Positions 27,897 to 38,612 are shown, numbered from the stretch's first letter. The stretch is DNA of 64,000 nt from Patescibacteria group bacterium (GCA_041666185.1 JBAYHL010000002.1:1834-65833); one strand, 5' to 3'. The notes: generated by a model from the sequence alone, not told the origin. Made by a program: numbers and translations.

Positions 27897-28958
27897 ATGA
27901 AAAAAATTCTTATCATTTTATTAGCTTTAATTATTGGTGGCGCCGGTGGTTATTTTACCTATAAGAAATTTTTTAAATCTAGTTCTTCTGGTACTCGGGT
28001 AGTAACAGCAGAAAATTACACAGAGGCTTTTATGTGGGGAGTAACCATGCGACCCAATGCTTTTGGTAATTATTCCGATGAAATTTGGCAAAAACAACTT
28101 AAAGTTGCCAGAAACCTAGGAGCAAAATGGGTGAGAATGGGTTGGAGCTACGATGCGTCTGACCAGTTTGGTTTTCATGATGCTATTTTTAAACTCATAA
28201 CAGATAACGGTCTAAATGTTTATTTAGTAATTGAACCTAATGGTAATTTTGAAGATGTAAGAGACCCTTATAAAGATGGCTATGACAATGCCTACAAAAT
28301 TTCTAGCAATTACAAGGGAAAAATTAAGTATTATCAGATTATGAACGAAGCTGGTAGCAATGCTATTAAGGGAGCGGGTTTTTCTGGTGAAAACGAATCC
28401 GATTACGATGAAGAAAAGTATAAGAGGACGAAAGAATGGTTAAGGGGAGCATCGGAAGGTGTTAAAAAAGGCGATCCAGATGCTTACCGAGTTTTAACTA
28501 GTCAATGGTTGCAAACAGGATTCTTGGAAAAACTTCAAAAAGATAAGGTTGAGTATGACATTATTGGTTGGGATTGGTTTTCTGATATGGAGTTAATGGG
28601 TGAGAAAAAACTTTCTGATGGCACTTTATTAATTGATAAGCTAAAAAGTTTTAATAAGCCTTTAATTTTGGCCGAAGTTAACCAACGACCTGACGGTAAA
28701 GATGGCCAGAAAGGGCAAGATGAGCCTGAGCAAGCAGAATTTATCAGAGAGATGGCAGAGTGGTCGCAAAAAAGTAAACTCAATGGTTTTTACGTTTTAG
28801 AGCTTTTTGACGTGCCAAATTCTGGTAAGGATTATACTGACTATTACGGTATTGTAGAAGTTAAAAAGAGTTCGTCTAGTGTGTATGTCCCCGGTACACC
28901 ACGTGAAGCGTATGGTGTGTATCAGGAAATTATTAAGAAATATAGCGAAGGCCAATAA
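27897..28958 (+). CDS. Membrane-anchored clan GH-A TIM-barrel glycoside hydrolase
   Basis: N-terminal TM; LGAKWVRM; acid/base YYQIMNE; nucleophile KPLILAEVN; AGGAG SD before ATG 27897. Confidence 0.72.
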   Translation: MKKILIILLALIIGGAGGYFTYKKFFKSSSSGTRVVTAENYTEAFMWGVTMRPNAFGNYSDEIWQKQLKVARNLGAKWVRMGWSYDASDQFGFHDAIFKLITDNGLNVYLVIEPNGNFEDVRDPYKDGYDNAYKISSNYKGKIKYYQIMNEAGSNAIKGAGFSGENESDYDEEKYKRTKEWLRGASEGVKKGDPDAYRVLTSQWLQTGFLEKLQKDKVEYDIIGWDWFSDMELMGEKKLSDGTLLIDKLKSFNKPLILAEVNQRPDGKDGQKGQDEPEQAEFIREMAEWSQKSKLNGFYVLELFDVPNSGKDYTDYYGIVEVKKSSSSVYVPGTPREAYGVYQEIIKKYSEGQ

Positions 28959-29671
28959 TGTTTTTGTCGGTTATCATTCCGGCATACAATGAAGAAAAAC
29001 GTCTGCCAAAAACCTTAAAAAAGGTTAAAGAATATTTAAGTACTCAAAAATATGAATGGGAAGTTTTAATTGTTAACGACGGTTCAATCGATGGCACCTT
29101 CAAGGTGTCATCGGATTTAATTAAGGATTGGAAAAATTTTCAGTTAATCAACAATGAAGAAAATCAAGGTAAAGGAGCGGTTGTAAAACAAGGGATGTTA
29201 GAAGCCAAAGGTGATTGGCGACTTTTTATGGATGCGGATGGGTCAACGGATATTTTGGAAATTGAAAAATTATGGCCATATATTAAAGATTTCGAAATTG
29301 TTATCGGGTCAAGGTATCTAAACAAAGATTCTATTAAAATTAAACAACCTATAACAAGAAGGATTGTTTCGCGCTTAGGAAACTTCTTAGTCAGAATCTT
29401 ATTGGGCATTAAGTCAGTTGATACGCAATGCGGATTTAAATTGTTTTCTACTAAAGCTACTGAAAAAATATTCCCATTACAACAAATTATTCGTTGGGGT
29501 TTTGATGTGGAAATTTTGGCGATTGCTATTAAAAAAGGCTATAAGATTAAAGAAGTTGCTGTTGATTGGCACGACGCCGAAGGTTCAACAGTTAGAAAAA
29601 GCGCTATTTTTAAAACCTTAAAAGAGCTTATGCAAATAAAATGGAATATGGTTAAAGGAAAGTATCAATAA
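28958..29671 (+). CDS. GT2 dolichyl/polyprenyl-phosphate glucosyltransferase-like (ALG5-type)
   Basis: IPAYNEEKRL, GKGAVV..G, FMDADGST, DTQCGFKLF and WGFDVE motifs. Confidence 0.9.
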   Translation: MFLSVIIPAYNEEKRLPKTLKKVKEYLSTQKYEWEVLIVNDGSIDGTFKVSSDLIKDWKNFQLINNEENQGKGAVVKQGMLEAKGDWRLFMDADGSTDILEIEKLWPYIKDFEIVIGSRYLNKDSIKIKQPITRRIVSRLGNFLVRILLGIKSVDTQCGFKLFSTKATEKIFPLQQIIRWGFDVEILAIAIKKGYKIKEVAVDWHDAEGSTVRKSAIFKTLKELMQIKWNMVKGKYQ

Positions 29672-29709
29672 GCTTTGCTTTTTTAGTTGTTTTAAGGTAT
29701 AATTATCAT

Positions 29710-30117
29710 ATGCAAAACTTGCTCCGTCGCCGGTTTGTCCGGCAATTTGTTAAATTTGGTTTAGTTGGTGTTAGCTCAACTATTATTGATTGGGGAATAT
29801 TTTATTTTTTGAATTTAACTTTTGGCATTTATTATTTAACAGCCAAAGTTTTGTCGTTTTCTGTAGCAGTTATTAATTCCTTTGTTTGGAATCGACGTTG
29901 GACATTTCGCTCAACTGACCCTAATCGTAATCGAGAATTTACTAAATTTCTTATTATTGCTTTGGTCGGTTTATTTATAAATGCTTTAATAATGTATTTA
30001 GCAGTTTCAATTTTTCATACAAGAAAAATTGTTGGTTTAATCTTTTCTACGGGAATTGTCACTTTTTGGAATTTCTTAGCTAATAAATTTTATACGTTTA
30101 AGTATTCACAAGCATGA
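29710..30117 (+). CDS. GtrA-family lipid-sugar flippase
   Basis: QFVKFGLVG, NSFVWNRRWTF and WNFLANKFYTF motifs; four TM helices. Confidence 0.92.
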   Translation: MQNLLRRRFVRQFVKFGLVGVSSTIIDWGIFYFLNLTFGIYYLTAKVLSFSVAVINSFVWNRRWTFRSTDPNRNREFTKFLIIALVGLFINALIMYLAVSIFHTRKIVGLIFSTGIVTFWNFLANKFYTFKYSQA

Positions 30118-31235
30118 TGAAGATAGGTATTGATGCAAGAATGTATCGTTCCTCGGTCGCTGGAATCGGACGGTACTCGCAAAACTTAATCAAAAATCTT
30201 TTAGAAATTGATAATAAAAATCAATATGTTTTGTTTATGACTCCGGCTGACGCCGAAGAAATAAGAAAAAAGAAAATAGAGACAAGAAATACTAAAATTG
30301 TTGAAACAAATATTTCTCACTTTTCCCTTGCTGAGCAAACAAAGTTACCAAAAATTTTAGAAAAAGAAAAATTGGATTTAATGCATTTTTTAAATTTCAA
30401 TTATCCAGTTAGATATAAGGGAAAATTTATTTCTGTGATTCATGACCTAACTCTTCATTTTTACCCAGAAACTGCTAAAAAAACAAATTTCTTAAAAAGA
30501 GCTGCTTTCTCTTATGTAATGAAAAAAGCTTGTCAGAATTCGGCAAAAATTGTTTCAGTTTCCGAAAGTACTAAAAAAGATATTCTTAAAATTTTTCATA
30601 TTGACTCGAAAAAAATTAAAACTATTTATGAGGCAGCCGATGACAAGATTTTTAAGACAACTTCGGAGTCGGCAATCGAATCATTAAAACAAAAATATCA
30701 TTTAGATTTCCCTGTGATTTTAACAGTTGGTCAATTTAGGCCTCATAAAAATTTGCCAGGGTTAATAGAAGCTTTTGGTAAATTACGAAAAGAAATGCCA
30801 GCTAAATTAGTTATCTTGGGAAAGCAAGATCCTAAACATACTCGAGTGTATGAGGCTATTGACAAAACTAAGGCAAAAAGTGATATTGTAATGCCAGGGT
30901 TTGTTACGGATGAAGAGCTGTCTTTGTGGTACAAAGCAGCTTCAGTTTTTGTTTTTCCTAGTTTTTACGAAGGTTTTGGTTTGCCTGGGTTAGAAGCGAT
31001 GATGGCGGGTGCACCAGTAGTTGCTTCGAACCAAGCGTCTTTGCCGGAAGTTTACCAAGACGCGGCATTATATTTTGACCCCTTTAATACGGCAGATATT
31101 GCTGCTAAAATTAAAGAGGTAATATTAAATAAAAAATTACAAGAAAAATTAATAGAAAATGGCCGAAAGATTTCACGAAAATATTCTTGGAAAAAAACGG
31201 CCGAAGAAACATTAGATTTGTATAAACAAGTCTAG
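30114..31235 (+). CDS. GT4 glycosyltransferase
   Basis: GIDAR..GIGRY, PHKNL and FPSFYEGFGLPGLEAM motifs. Confidence 0.92.
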   Translation: MMKIGIDARMYRSSVAGIGRYSQNLIKNLLEIDNKNQYVLFMTPADAEEIRKKKIETRNTKIVETNISHFSLAEQTKLPKILEKEKLDLMHFLNFNYPVRYKGKFISVIHDLTLHFYPETAKKTNFLKRAAFSYVMKKACQNSAKIVSVSESTKKDILKIFHIDSKKIKTIYEAADDKIFKTTSESAIESLKQKYHLDFPVILTVGQFRPHKNLPGLIEAFGKLRKEMPAKLVILGKQDPKHTRVYEAIDKTKAKSDIVMPGFVTDEELSLWYKAASVFVFPSFYEGFGLPGLEAMMAGAPVVASNQASLPEVYQDAALYFDPFNTADIAAKIKEVILNKKLQEKLIENGRKISRKYSWKKTAEETLDLYKQV

Positions 31236-31264
31236 AATAAATTGTTATTTTTACGGAGGTTTTC

Positions 31265-33259
31265 ATGTCCATCGAATCTTTAACTTATCTTATTGCCTTT
31301 GGTTCAGCTGGTTTAGCTATTATCTATGGTTCAATTTTAATTTGGCAAATTCTAAAAGCTGATGCAGGAAATGCAAAAATGCAAGAAATTGCTAAAGCTA
31401 TTCAAGATGGAGCAAAAGCTTATCTTAATCGTCAATACAAAACTGTTGCTTGGATCGCTCTTGTCATTGCCGTTATCTTGTATTTTACTTTAGGTTTAAA
31501 AACATCCGCTGGTTTTTTGATTGGTGCAATTCTCTCAGCCTCGGCTGGTTATATTGGTATGAATGTAGCTGTTCGGGCTAATGTCAGAACAGCTCAAATT
31601 GCTCATAAGGGTTTAGCGCCAGCTTTATCGATGGCTTTTCGTGGTGGGGCAGTTACCGGGCTTTTTGTTGTTGGTCTAGGTTTGATTGGGGTAACTGGCT
31701 TTTATATGGTTACACACGATGTCTCGGCTTTAATTGGTCTAGGTTTTGGTGCTTCACTTATTTCTATTTTTGCTCGTTTGGGCGGTGGAATTTATACTAA
31801 AGCAGCTGATGTTGGTGCAGATTTAGTTGGTAAAGTTGAGGCTGGTATCCCTGAAGACGATCCTCGCAACCCAGCTGTGATTGCTGACAATGTTGGTGAC
31901 AATGTTGGTGATTGTGCGGGAATGGCCGCCGACCTTTTCGAAACTTATGCTGTAACAGCAATTGCTGTAATGCTATTGGGTTCTTTAACCTTTGCTCAAG
32001 ATAAAGCTGTTTTGTACCCTTTGGCTTTGGGTGGAGTAGCAATTATTTCCTCAATTTTAGGAACATTTTTTGTTAGACTCTCCGGGAAAAAAATTATGAA
32101 CGCTTTATACAAAGGTTTGATTTCTTCAGCAATTTTGTCAGCTATTGGTTTTTATTTTGTGACAAATTACTTCATGACAGGTGTTGCGGAAAACATTGGC
32201 AATCTTTACTATGCCAGTCTTATTGGTATTGTTGTTACTTTAGGAATGGTAATTATTACTGAATATTATACTTCAACTAAATATGGGCCAGTAAAAACAA
32301 TCGCTGAAGCATCGCAAAGTGGTCATGGAACTAATATTATTGCCGGATTAGCAACTTCTATGAAAGCAACCGCCTGGCCAGTAATTCTAATTTGTGCGGC
32401 AATTTTAGGTTCTTATGCCTTTGCTGATCTTTATGGTATTGCTATTGCCGCTTTTTCCATGCTTTCAATGACAGGTATTATTGTCGCTATCGATTCCTAT
32501 GGTCCAATTACTGATAACGCTGGTGGAATTGCCGAAATGGCAAATTTGCCAGAAGCTGTTCGAAATGTAACAGATCCTTTGGATGCGGTTGGTAATACTA
32601 CTAAAGCAGTTACGAAAGGTTACGCAATTGCCTCTGCAGGGTTAGCAGCTTTAGTTTTGTTTGCTTCTTATGTTCAAGATTTATCTCAAACTCACGGTAA
32701 TTTACCTTTTGAACTTACTAATCCAAAAGTGTTAATTGGCTTAATTATTGGTGGACTTTTACCTTATCTTTTCGCAGCTTTTTCAATGGAAGCTGTTGGG
32801 CGGGCAGCTGGTGCAGTTGTTATAGAAGTGCGACGTCAATTTAAAGAAATCAAGGGTTTGATGCAAGGTAAAGCAAAACCAGATTATTCTAAAGCGGTTG
32901 ATATTGTTACTAAATCAGCTTTAAAGGAAATGATTATACCAGCGCTTTTACCGGTTTTAGCCCCAATTGCTGTTGGATTTATATTAGGCCCAGTTGCTTT
33001 AGGCGGCCTTTTAGTTGGTTCTATTGTGACAGGACTTTTTGTGGCGATTTCTATGACGACCGGTGGAGCGGCTTGGGACAATGCTAAAAAATATATTGAA
33101 GAAGGTAATCTTGGTGGTAAAGGAAGCTTCGCTCATCAGGCAGCTGTCACAGGTGACACAGTTGGCGATCCTTATAAAGATACTGCTGGTCCGGCAATCA
33201 ACCCAATGATTAAGATTTTAAACATTGTTGCTTTGTTGATTGTAAAGTTTCTTAAATAA
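31265..33259 (+). CDS. hppA: Membrane-bound ion-translocating pyrophosphatase (K+-independent type)
   Basis: [29 protein letters not shown] and [10 protein letters not shown] motifs. Confidence 0.96.
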   Translation: MSIESLTYLIAFGSAGLAIIYGSILIWQILKADAGNAKMQEIAKAIQDGAKAYLNRQYKTVAWIALVIAVILYFTLGLKTSAGFLIGAILSASAGYIGMNVAVRANVRTAQIAHKGLAPALSMAFRGGAVTGLFVVGLGLIGVTGFYMVTHDVSALIGLGFGASLISIFARLGGGIYTKAADVGADLVGKVEAGIPEDDPRNPAVIADNVGDNVGDCAGMAADLFETYAVTAIAVMLLGSLTFAQDKAVLYPLALGGVAIISSILGTFFVRLSGKKIMNALYKGLISSAILSAIGFYFVTNYFMTGVAENIGNLYYASLIGIVVTLGMVIITEYYTSTKYGPVKTIAEASQSGHGTNIIAGLATSMKATAWPVILICAAILGSYAFADLYGIAIAAFSMLSMTGIIVAIDSYGPITDNAGGIAEMANLPEAVRNVTDPLDAVGNTTKAVTKGYAIASAGLAALVLFASYVQDLSQTHGNLPFELTNPKVLIGLIIGGLLPYLFAAFSMEAVGRAAGAVVIEVRRQFKEIKGLMQGKAKPDYSKAVDIVTKSALKEMIIPALLPVLAPIAVGFILGPVALGGLLVGSIVTGLFVAISMTTGGAAWDNAKKYIEEGNLGGKGSFAHQAAVTGDTVGDPYKDTAGPAINPMIKILNIVALLIVKFLK

Positions 33260-33278
33260 GCTTTTAACAAATATAAAT

Positions 33279-33500
33279 ATGGCACAAAAAGGTGTTGAAG
33301 CAAAAATTATAGAGGTAGTGGAGGATAAAGCAGTTCTTGAAATTGAAAGACAGAGATTGGTTGTAGATTCCGACTGTTTGCCAGAAAAAGCTCTAGCTAA
33401 GGGAAAACTCAAATTGTACTTTTTAAATCCCGAAGAAACAGTTGCAACAGAAAAAAAATTAGCCAAAAATATTTTGGAAGAAATTTTAAACGGCAAATAA
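33279..33500 (+). CDS. Small hypothetical protein
   Basis: 73-aa ORF packed between hppA and the VanW gene with operon-like spacing. Confidence 0.7.
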   Translation: MAQKGVEAKIIEVVEDKAVLEIERQRLVVDSDCLPEKALAKGKLKLYFLNPEETVATEKKLAKNILEEILNGK

Positions 33501-33504
33501 TTGG

Positions 33505-35472
33505 ATGACGCTCAAAATAAATCTCAAAAAAATTAGGGGAAACTCAGGGAAAATTGCTAAGAAGCTTTGGAAAAATAAAATTTTTCAGAAGGTAGTTTTT
33601 GGTATTTTATTGGCAATTGTTGCTTTAGCAGTTTTCTTTTTTTCGTTTAATTTAACTTACAAAGATAAAATTTTCCCTCATACTTATATTGGTGGTGTTG
33701 ATTTTGGTGGCGCAACAAGAGTGGAAGCTCAGAGCAAACTCGAAGGTCTTATTTCTAGTTCACAAGATAAAAAATTGGATTATGTATGGGAAGAAAAAAC
33801 TTATACTTTAGGTTTAAGTGATCTAGGAGTTGATTACGAAAAATCTCGTGATAAAACTATTAACCAACTAATGTCTGTTGGGCGTACAGGACACTTAGGA
33901 AAAATTATTAATGAGACATTTCGCTCAGTTGTATCTTCTAACACTGTTTTAGCAAGTTTTGAATTAAACGAACAAAAACTTAATGAATATCTTACAAACA
34001 TTGCTAAAGATATAGATATCCAAGAAAAAGACGCCACAATCGAAATTAGAAGTGAACAGCTTGTTATTATTCCTGAGAAAATAGGTCGAAAGTTTGAAAT
34101 AAATACAAATAGACAAATTGTTTTTTCAAATCTTGGTAGTTTTAATTTTAATTCACAATTACCATTTGAAGTTTTGCAAGTTGTTCCAAAAATAAATTCA
34201 AAAATTGCCCAGGCGGCTATTGCCGAAACATTAGATTTAATGAAAAGAAATCTTGTAATGAAAGCTGCTAATAAAACATTTGAACTCAAGCCGGCCGACA
34301 TTACATCCATGATAGAATTTATTCCCCGACTTTCAAAAAAGAATGTTATAAATACGCCTCAAAACGCTATTAGCATTTATATTTTGTCCCCAGAAATATC
34401 ACCAGTTAAAGTTCGCGAAACAGTTGATAAAATTGCTGGCGAGGTTTACCAAGAGCCAAAAGACCCTAAGTTTCAAGTTACCGATGGTCGAGTGGCAAAT
34501 TTCCAGTTAGAACAAACTGGTTACGAATTAGAAAAAGATAAAGCAGTTGAACAGATAATTCAGGCTATTAATAACGATGAAAGCAGCTTGGATCTTCCGG
34601 TAAAAGTGACTGAGCCATCACTTTCTTCAGACGACCCGGAAAAACTTGGTCTAAAAGATTTAGTTAGTGAAGGTAAAACTTCTTGGAGAGGTTCACCGCA
34701 AAATAGAATTCATAATCTTAGTCTTGGCGCGGAAAAAATTTCTGGAACAATTGTCAAACCTGGTGAAGAATTTTCAACAATAAAAACTATTGGTGTAATT
34801 GACGGTACAACAGGCTTTTTGCCTGAATTGGTTATTAAAAATAGCACCCAAGTAACACCAGAATATGGTGGAGGGCTTTGTCAGGTCTCAACAACTTTAT
34901 TTAGAGCGGTTTTGAATGCGGGTTTGAAAGTTACCGAACGCTCAGCTCATTCGTTTAGAGTCAGTTATTATGAGCCGCCAGTAGGAATGGATGCGACAAT
35001 TTATGATCCAGCACCTGATTTTAAGTTTATTAATAATATGGATACACCAATTTTAATTTGGGCATATGCTGGTAATAACAGTCTAACATTCCAAATTTAT
35101 GGCACAAAAGATAATCGTAAAGTTGAGGTTTCCGATCCGGTTCTTTATGACTATACATCACCTGGGGAAGCAGTTTATACACAATCAGACTCAATGGCGG
35201 CAGGAGCTATTCGCCAAGTCGAAAGAGCAACTTCTGGTGTTTCAGCAAGTTTTAAATACAAAGTAATAAGTGCCGTTGGCCAAATTCTACAAGATGAAAC
35301 TTTTGTTAGTAAATACGTTCCGGTGCCTAATACTTATCTCTATGGACCGGGGACTGAAGGTATTCCAGGGCAAGATGCCGCTCAACCTCAAGTAGAGGCA
35401 ACCTCTGCGCCAGAGCCGGCACCAACAACACCTGCTCCAGAAGACCAAGGAAACATTAAAAAGAAGAACTAA
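33505..35472 (+). CDS. VanW-family protein with peptidoglycan-binding repeats (YoaR-like)
   Basis: N-terminal TM; NRIHN, GGGLCQVSTTLFRA and G.DATIY..PDFKF.N motifs. Confidence 0.9.
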   Translation: MTLKINLKKIRGNSGKIAKKLWKNKIFQKVVFGILLAIVALAVFFFSFNLTYKDKIFPHTYIGGVDFGGATRVEAQSKLEGLISSSQDKKLDYVWEEKTYTLGLSDLGVDYEKSRDKTINQLMSVGRTGHLGKIINETFRSVVSSNTVLASFELNEQKLNEYLTNIAKDIDIQEKDATIEIRSEQLVIIPEKIGRKFEINTNRQIVFSNLGSFNFNSQLPFEVLQVVPKINSKIAQAAIAETLDLMKRNLVMKAANKTFELKPADITSMIEFIPRLSKKNVINTPQNAISIYILSPEISPVKVRETVDKIAGEVYQEPKDPKFQVTDGRVANFQLEQTGYELEKDKAVEQIIQAINNDESSLDLPVKVTEPSLSSDDPEKLGLKDLVSEGKTSWRGSPQNRIHNLSLGAEKISGTIVKPGEEFSTIKTIGVIDGTTGFLPELVIKNSTQVTPEYGGGLCQVSTTLFRAVLNAGLKVTERSAHSFRVSYYEPPVGMDATIYDPAPDFKFINNMDTPILIWAYAGNNSLTFQIYGTKDNRKVEVSDPVLYDYTSPGEAVYTQSDSMAAGAIRQVERATSGVSASFKYKVISAVGQILQDETFVSKYVPVPNTYLYGPGTEGIPGQDAAQPQVEATSAPEPAPTTPAPEDQGNIKKKN

Positions 35473-35476
35473 TTTT

Positions 35477-37123
35477 TTAATTTTTCGAGGCAGTTTTTAA
35501 AAATTCCATAAATAATGGATGAGGACTAAGTGGACGGGATTTGAATTCTGGGTGGAATTGAGTAGCAATAAAGAAAGGGTGATTAGCAAGTTCGATAATT
35601 TCGACTAATTTGTTGTCTGGTGAAGTACCAGAAATTACCAATCCTTTTTGTTCTAATTGCTCGCGGTATTGATTATTAAATTCGTAACGATGGCGATGGC
35701 GTTCAGAAATAAGAGAAGAGAAAGAAGAAATAAGAGATTTATAGCAATTATATGTTTTTGTGCCTTTTTTAAGTTTACAAGGATATGCGCCTAATCGCAT
35801 TGAGCCGCCGTAATTATGTTCAAGCATCTTTTTTTCTTGATCGGGCATAATGTGGATGACCGGATTAGGTGTTTTTTCGTTAACTTCAGTTGTATGAGCG
35901 TTTTTGAGATTAGCAATGTTGCGAGCAAACTCAACGGTTGCTAATTGCATGCCATAGCAAAGCCCCAGAAAAGGAATTTTGTTCTCACGAGCATATTTTA
36001 TGGCTGAAATTTTTCCTTCAATCCCACGGCTGCCAAAGCCGCCTGGTACGCAAATACCATCATACCCTTTAATTATTTTAGCAATCTCTTGTTTTGAAGC
36101 TTTTTCCAAATCTTCAGCGTCAATCCAACCTATTTTTGGACTAACATTATTTTGCCAAGAAGCATGCTTAATTGCTTCAATCAAGGAAATATAAGAATCA
36201 GACAAAGTGTAATCACCAATTTTAGTATATTTCCCGACAATGCCAATTTTTACTTCCTTATTAGTTTTGTCAATATTAGTAATTAACTTTTCCCAATCTT
36301 TTAGATCTTTCTTTTTTGCTTTTAAATGCAATTTTTTTAAAATCTTTTCATCAAGTTTTTGCTCTCTGAATAATAAAGGGATCTTGTAAATTGTGTCCAT
36401 GTCCGGATTCGAAATAACGTTTTCTTTATCAATATTACAAAGCCAAGCAATACGCTCTTTTCTAGGATCATCAATTGTTTTTTCAGCTCTTCCGATTATA
36501 AAATCTGGCATAATTCCAGAACTTGATAATATTCTAACCGATGTTTGAACTGGTTTTGATTTCATTTCTCCTAGAAATGATGGAGTTGGTAAATATCCAA
36601 CATGAACATGGATAACATCTTCTTTGTCACGATATTTCATAATACGATTAGCTTCAATAAATAGAACATTTTGATATTCACCAACTGTGCCACCTACTTC
36701 AATAATCACCACGTCAGCCTTAGTTTCTTTTCCGGCTTGCTTGAAGCGCCTAATCATTTCTTCTGGTACATGTGGGACGATTTCTACATCCTCACCGTTA
36801 TACTCAAAAGCTCTTTCGCGTCTGATAATTTCTTGGTAGATTTGACCATTAGTAACATAGTTTGAGCGTTTTAAATCTTCGTTAATAAATCTTTCGTAGT
36901 TACCGATATCTTGATCGCATTCTACACCATCGTTAGTAACAAAAACTTCCCCATGTTCTTGGGGTCTTATTGTTCCAGCGTCAATATTCATATAAGCGTC
37001 ACATTTTATCGCTGTAACTTTTATCCCCCTTGATTTTAAAAGTAATGCGATACTGGCGGCAGTTATCCCTTTACCAAGTCCAGAGATAACACCACCTGAA
37101 ACGAAAATAAATTTTGTCTTCAT
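35477..37123 (-). CDS. pyrG: CTP synthase
   Basis: GGVISGLGKG, HGEVFVT.DG, VPGGFG.RG, GLCYGMQ, ERHRHRYE and QFHPE motifs. Confidence 0.98.
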   Translation of the reverse strand: MKTKFIFVSGGVISGLGKGITAASIALLLKSRGIKVTAIKCDAYMNIDAGTIRPQEHGEVFVTNDGVECDQDIGNYERFINEDLKRSNYVTNGQIYQEIIRRERAFEYNGEDVEIVPHVPEEMIRRFKQAGKETKADVVIIEVGGTVGEYQNVLFIEANRIMKYRDKEDVIHVHVGYLPTPSFLGEMKSKPVQTSVRILSSSGIMPDFIIGRAEKTIDDPRKERIAWLCNIDKENVISNPDMDTIYKIPLLFREQKLDEKILKKLHLKAKKKDLKDWEKLITNIDKTNKEVKIGIVGKYTKIGDYTLSDSYISLIEAIKHASWQNNVSPKIGWIDAEDLEKASKQEIAKIIKGYDGICVPGGFGSRGIEGKISAIKYARENKIPFLGLCYGMQLATVEFARNIANLKNAHTTEVNEKTPNPVIHIMPDQEKKMLEHNYGGSMRLGAYPCKLKKGTKTYNCYKSLISSFSSLISERHRHRYEFNNQYREQLEQKGLVISGTSPDNKLVEIIELANHPFFIATQFHPEFKSRPLSPHPLFMEFLKTASKN

Positions 37124-37208
37124 ATCTTTACTTTAAAGTATCAGTAAGGGCCAAAAGTTGTCAAATGTTTCGAGACATCTTAGAATAAATATTAGAAAGG
37201 TAAAAAAT

Positions 37209-38612
37209 ATGAAAATCAATCCTTATATTTTTCGTGGTTATGACATTCGAGGCATTGCAGGGAAAGATTTAAATGCGGAGATCGTCGAGACAATAGGTAA
37301 AGCATATGGAACATGGCTAAATAAAAAGGGAGTTAAAACGGCGGTAGTTGGGGCAGATTGTCGATTGTCAAGTGATGAGTATAGGCAGTCAGTTATAAAA
37401 GGCTTGGTTAGTACAGGGATTGATGTTTTTGATATCGGTATGACTTTAGTGCAGATAGTTTATTATGGTCAGTATCATTTTAATACAAAAGGTTTTGTTA
37501 TGATTTCGGCTTCACATAATCCAGCTGAATATAATGGATTCAAAATGGGGTCGGATTTTTCACAAACGATCGGAACAGAAGAAATACAGGAAATAAAAAA
37601 GTTAGCAGACGAAGGACAGTTTATAAAAGGTTCGGGTAAAGTTACAAAAGCAGATATTAGTGAAGCTTACTTAAATAAAATTTTAGAAAAAATCAAAATT
37701 GATCGAAAGTTTAAAATTCTGGTTGATTTTAACAATGCGACGGCAGCAAATTTCTTTCCGGCTTTAGCAAAAAAAATAGGGGCAGAATTAGTAAGTAAGT
37801 ATACTGAAATTGATGGCCATTTTCCTAATGGCACGCCAGATCCAACTGAAAAAAAATTAGTCGAAAGGTTAGCAAAAGAAACACTAGAGGTAAAAGCTGA
37901 TATAGGATTCACATTTGATGCTGACGGTGACAGATTAGGTGTGGTAGATGATAAAGGAACGATTCTGTGGAATGATGTTTTAGTAGCAATTTTTGCGGCT
38001 AGTGTTTTAGAAAATAATCCTGGGGCGGAAATTATTTATAACGCTCTTTGCTCTAAGGTGGTAGAGGAGACTATTAAAACACATGGCGGAAGGCCTCTGA
38101 TGTGGCGAACTGGTCATACATGGATCAAAGAAAAATTATTTAAAGAAAAAGCGCTGTTTGCGGGCGAACTGTCAGGTCATTTCTTTTTTGTTGATAAATT
38201 TTACGGGCATGATGACGGGTTTTATGCTGCTTTAAGATTGTTGGAATATTTATCAAATAAAGGAAAGCCATTTTCAGCGATATTACAAGAATTACCTAAA
38301 TACATTTCGAGCCCGGAAATTAAAATTGGTTGTGCTGATGACAAAAAAACTGCGGTAGTAGATAAAATGGTTGAGATAATGAAAGAAAGGTTTAGGGATG
38401 AAAAAATTAGTGATATTGATGGAATCAGAGTGGATTTTGCTGACGCAATGTTTATTGTGCGACAATCACAAAATGGTCCATATCTAACGGTAAAATTTGA
38501 GGCAAAAACGCAAGAACGGTACGAGGAGATGAAGCAAATTGTACTAAAGCTTCTAAAAAGTTCATCAGAAATAGATTGGGATGAAGGAGTTAACTTAGAA
38601 AGTCTTGAATAA
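37209..38612 (+). CDS. Phosphomannomutase/phosphoglucomutase
   Basis: IFRGYDIRG, SASHNP, FDADGDR and GELSGH motifs; ATG 37209. Confidence 0.95.
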   Translation: MKINPYIFRGYDIRGIAGKDLNAEIVETIGKAYGTWLNKKGVKTAVVGADCRLSSDEYRQSVIKGLVSTGIDVFDIGMTLVQIVYYGQYHFNTKGFVMISASHNPAEYNGFKMGSDFSQTIGTEEIQEIKKLADEGQFIKGSGKVTKADISEAYLNKILEKIKIDRKFKILVDFNNATAANFFPALAKKIGAELVSKYTEIDGHFPNGTPDPTEKKLVERLAKETLEVKADIGFTFDADGDRLGVVDDKGTILWNDVLVAIFAASVLENNPGAEIIYNALCSKVVEETIKTHGGRPLMWRTGHTWIKEKLFKEKALFAGELSGHFFFVDKFYGHDDGFYAALRLLEYLSNKGKPFSAILQELPKYISSPEIKIGCADDKKTAVVDKMVEIMKERFRDEKISDIDGIRVDFADAMFIVRQSQNGPYLTVKFEAKTQERYEEMKQIVLKLLKSSSEIDWDEGVNLESLE

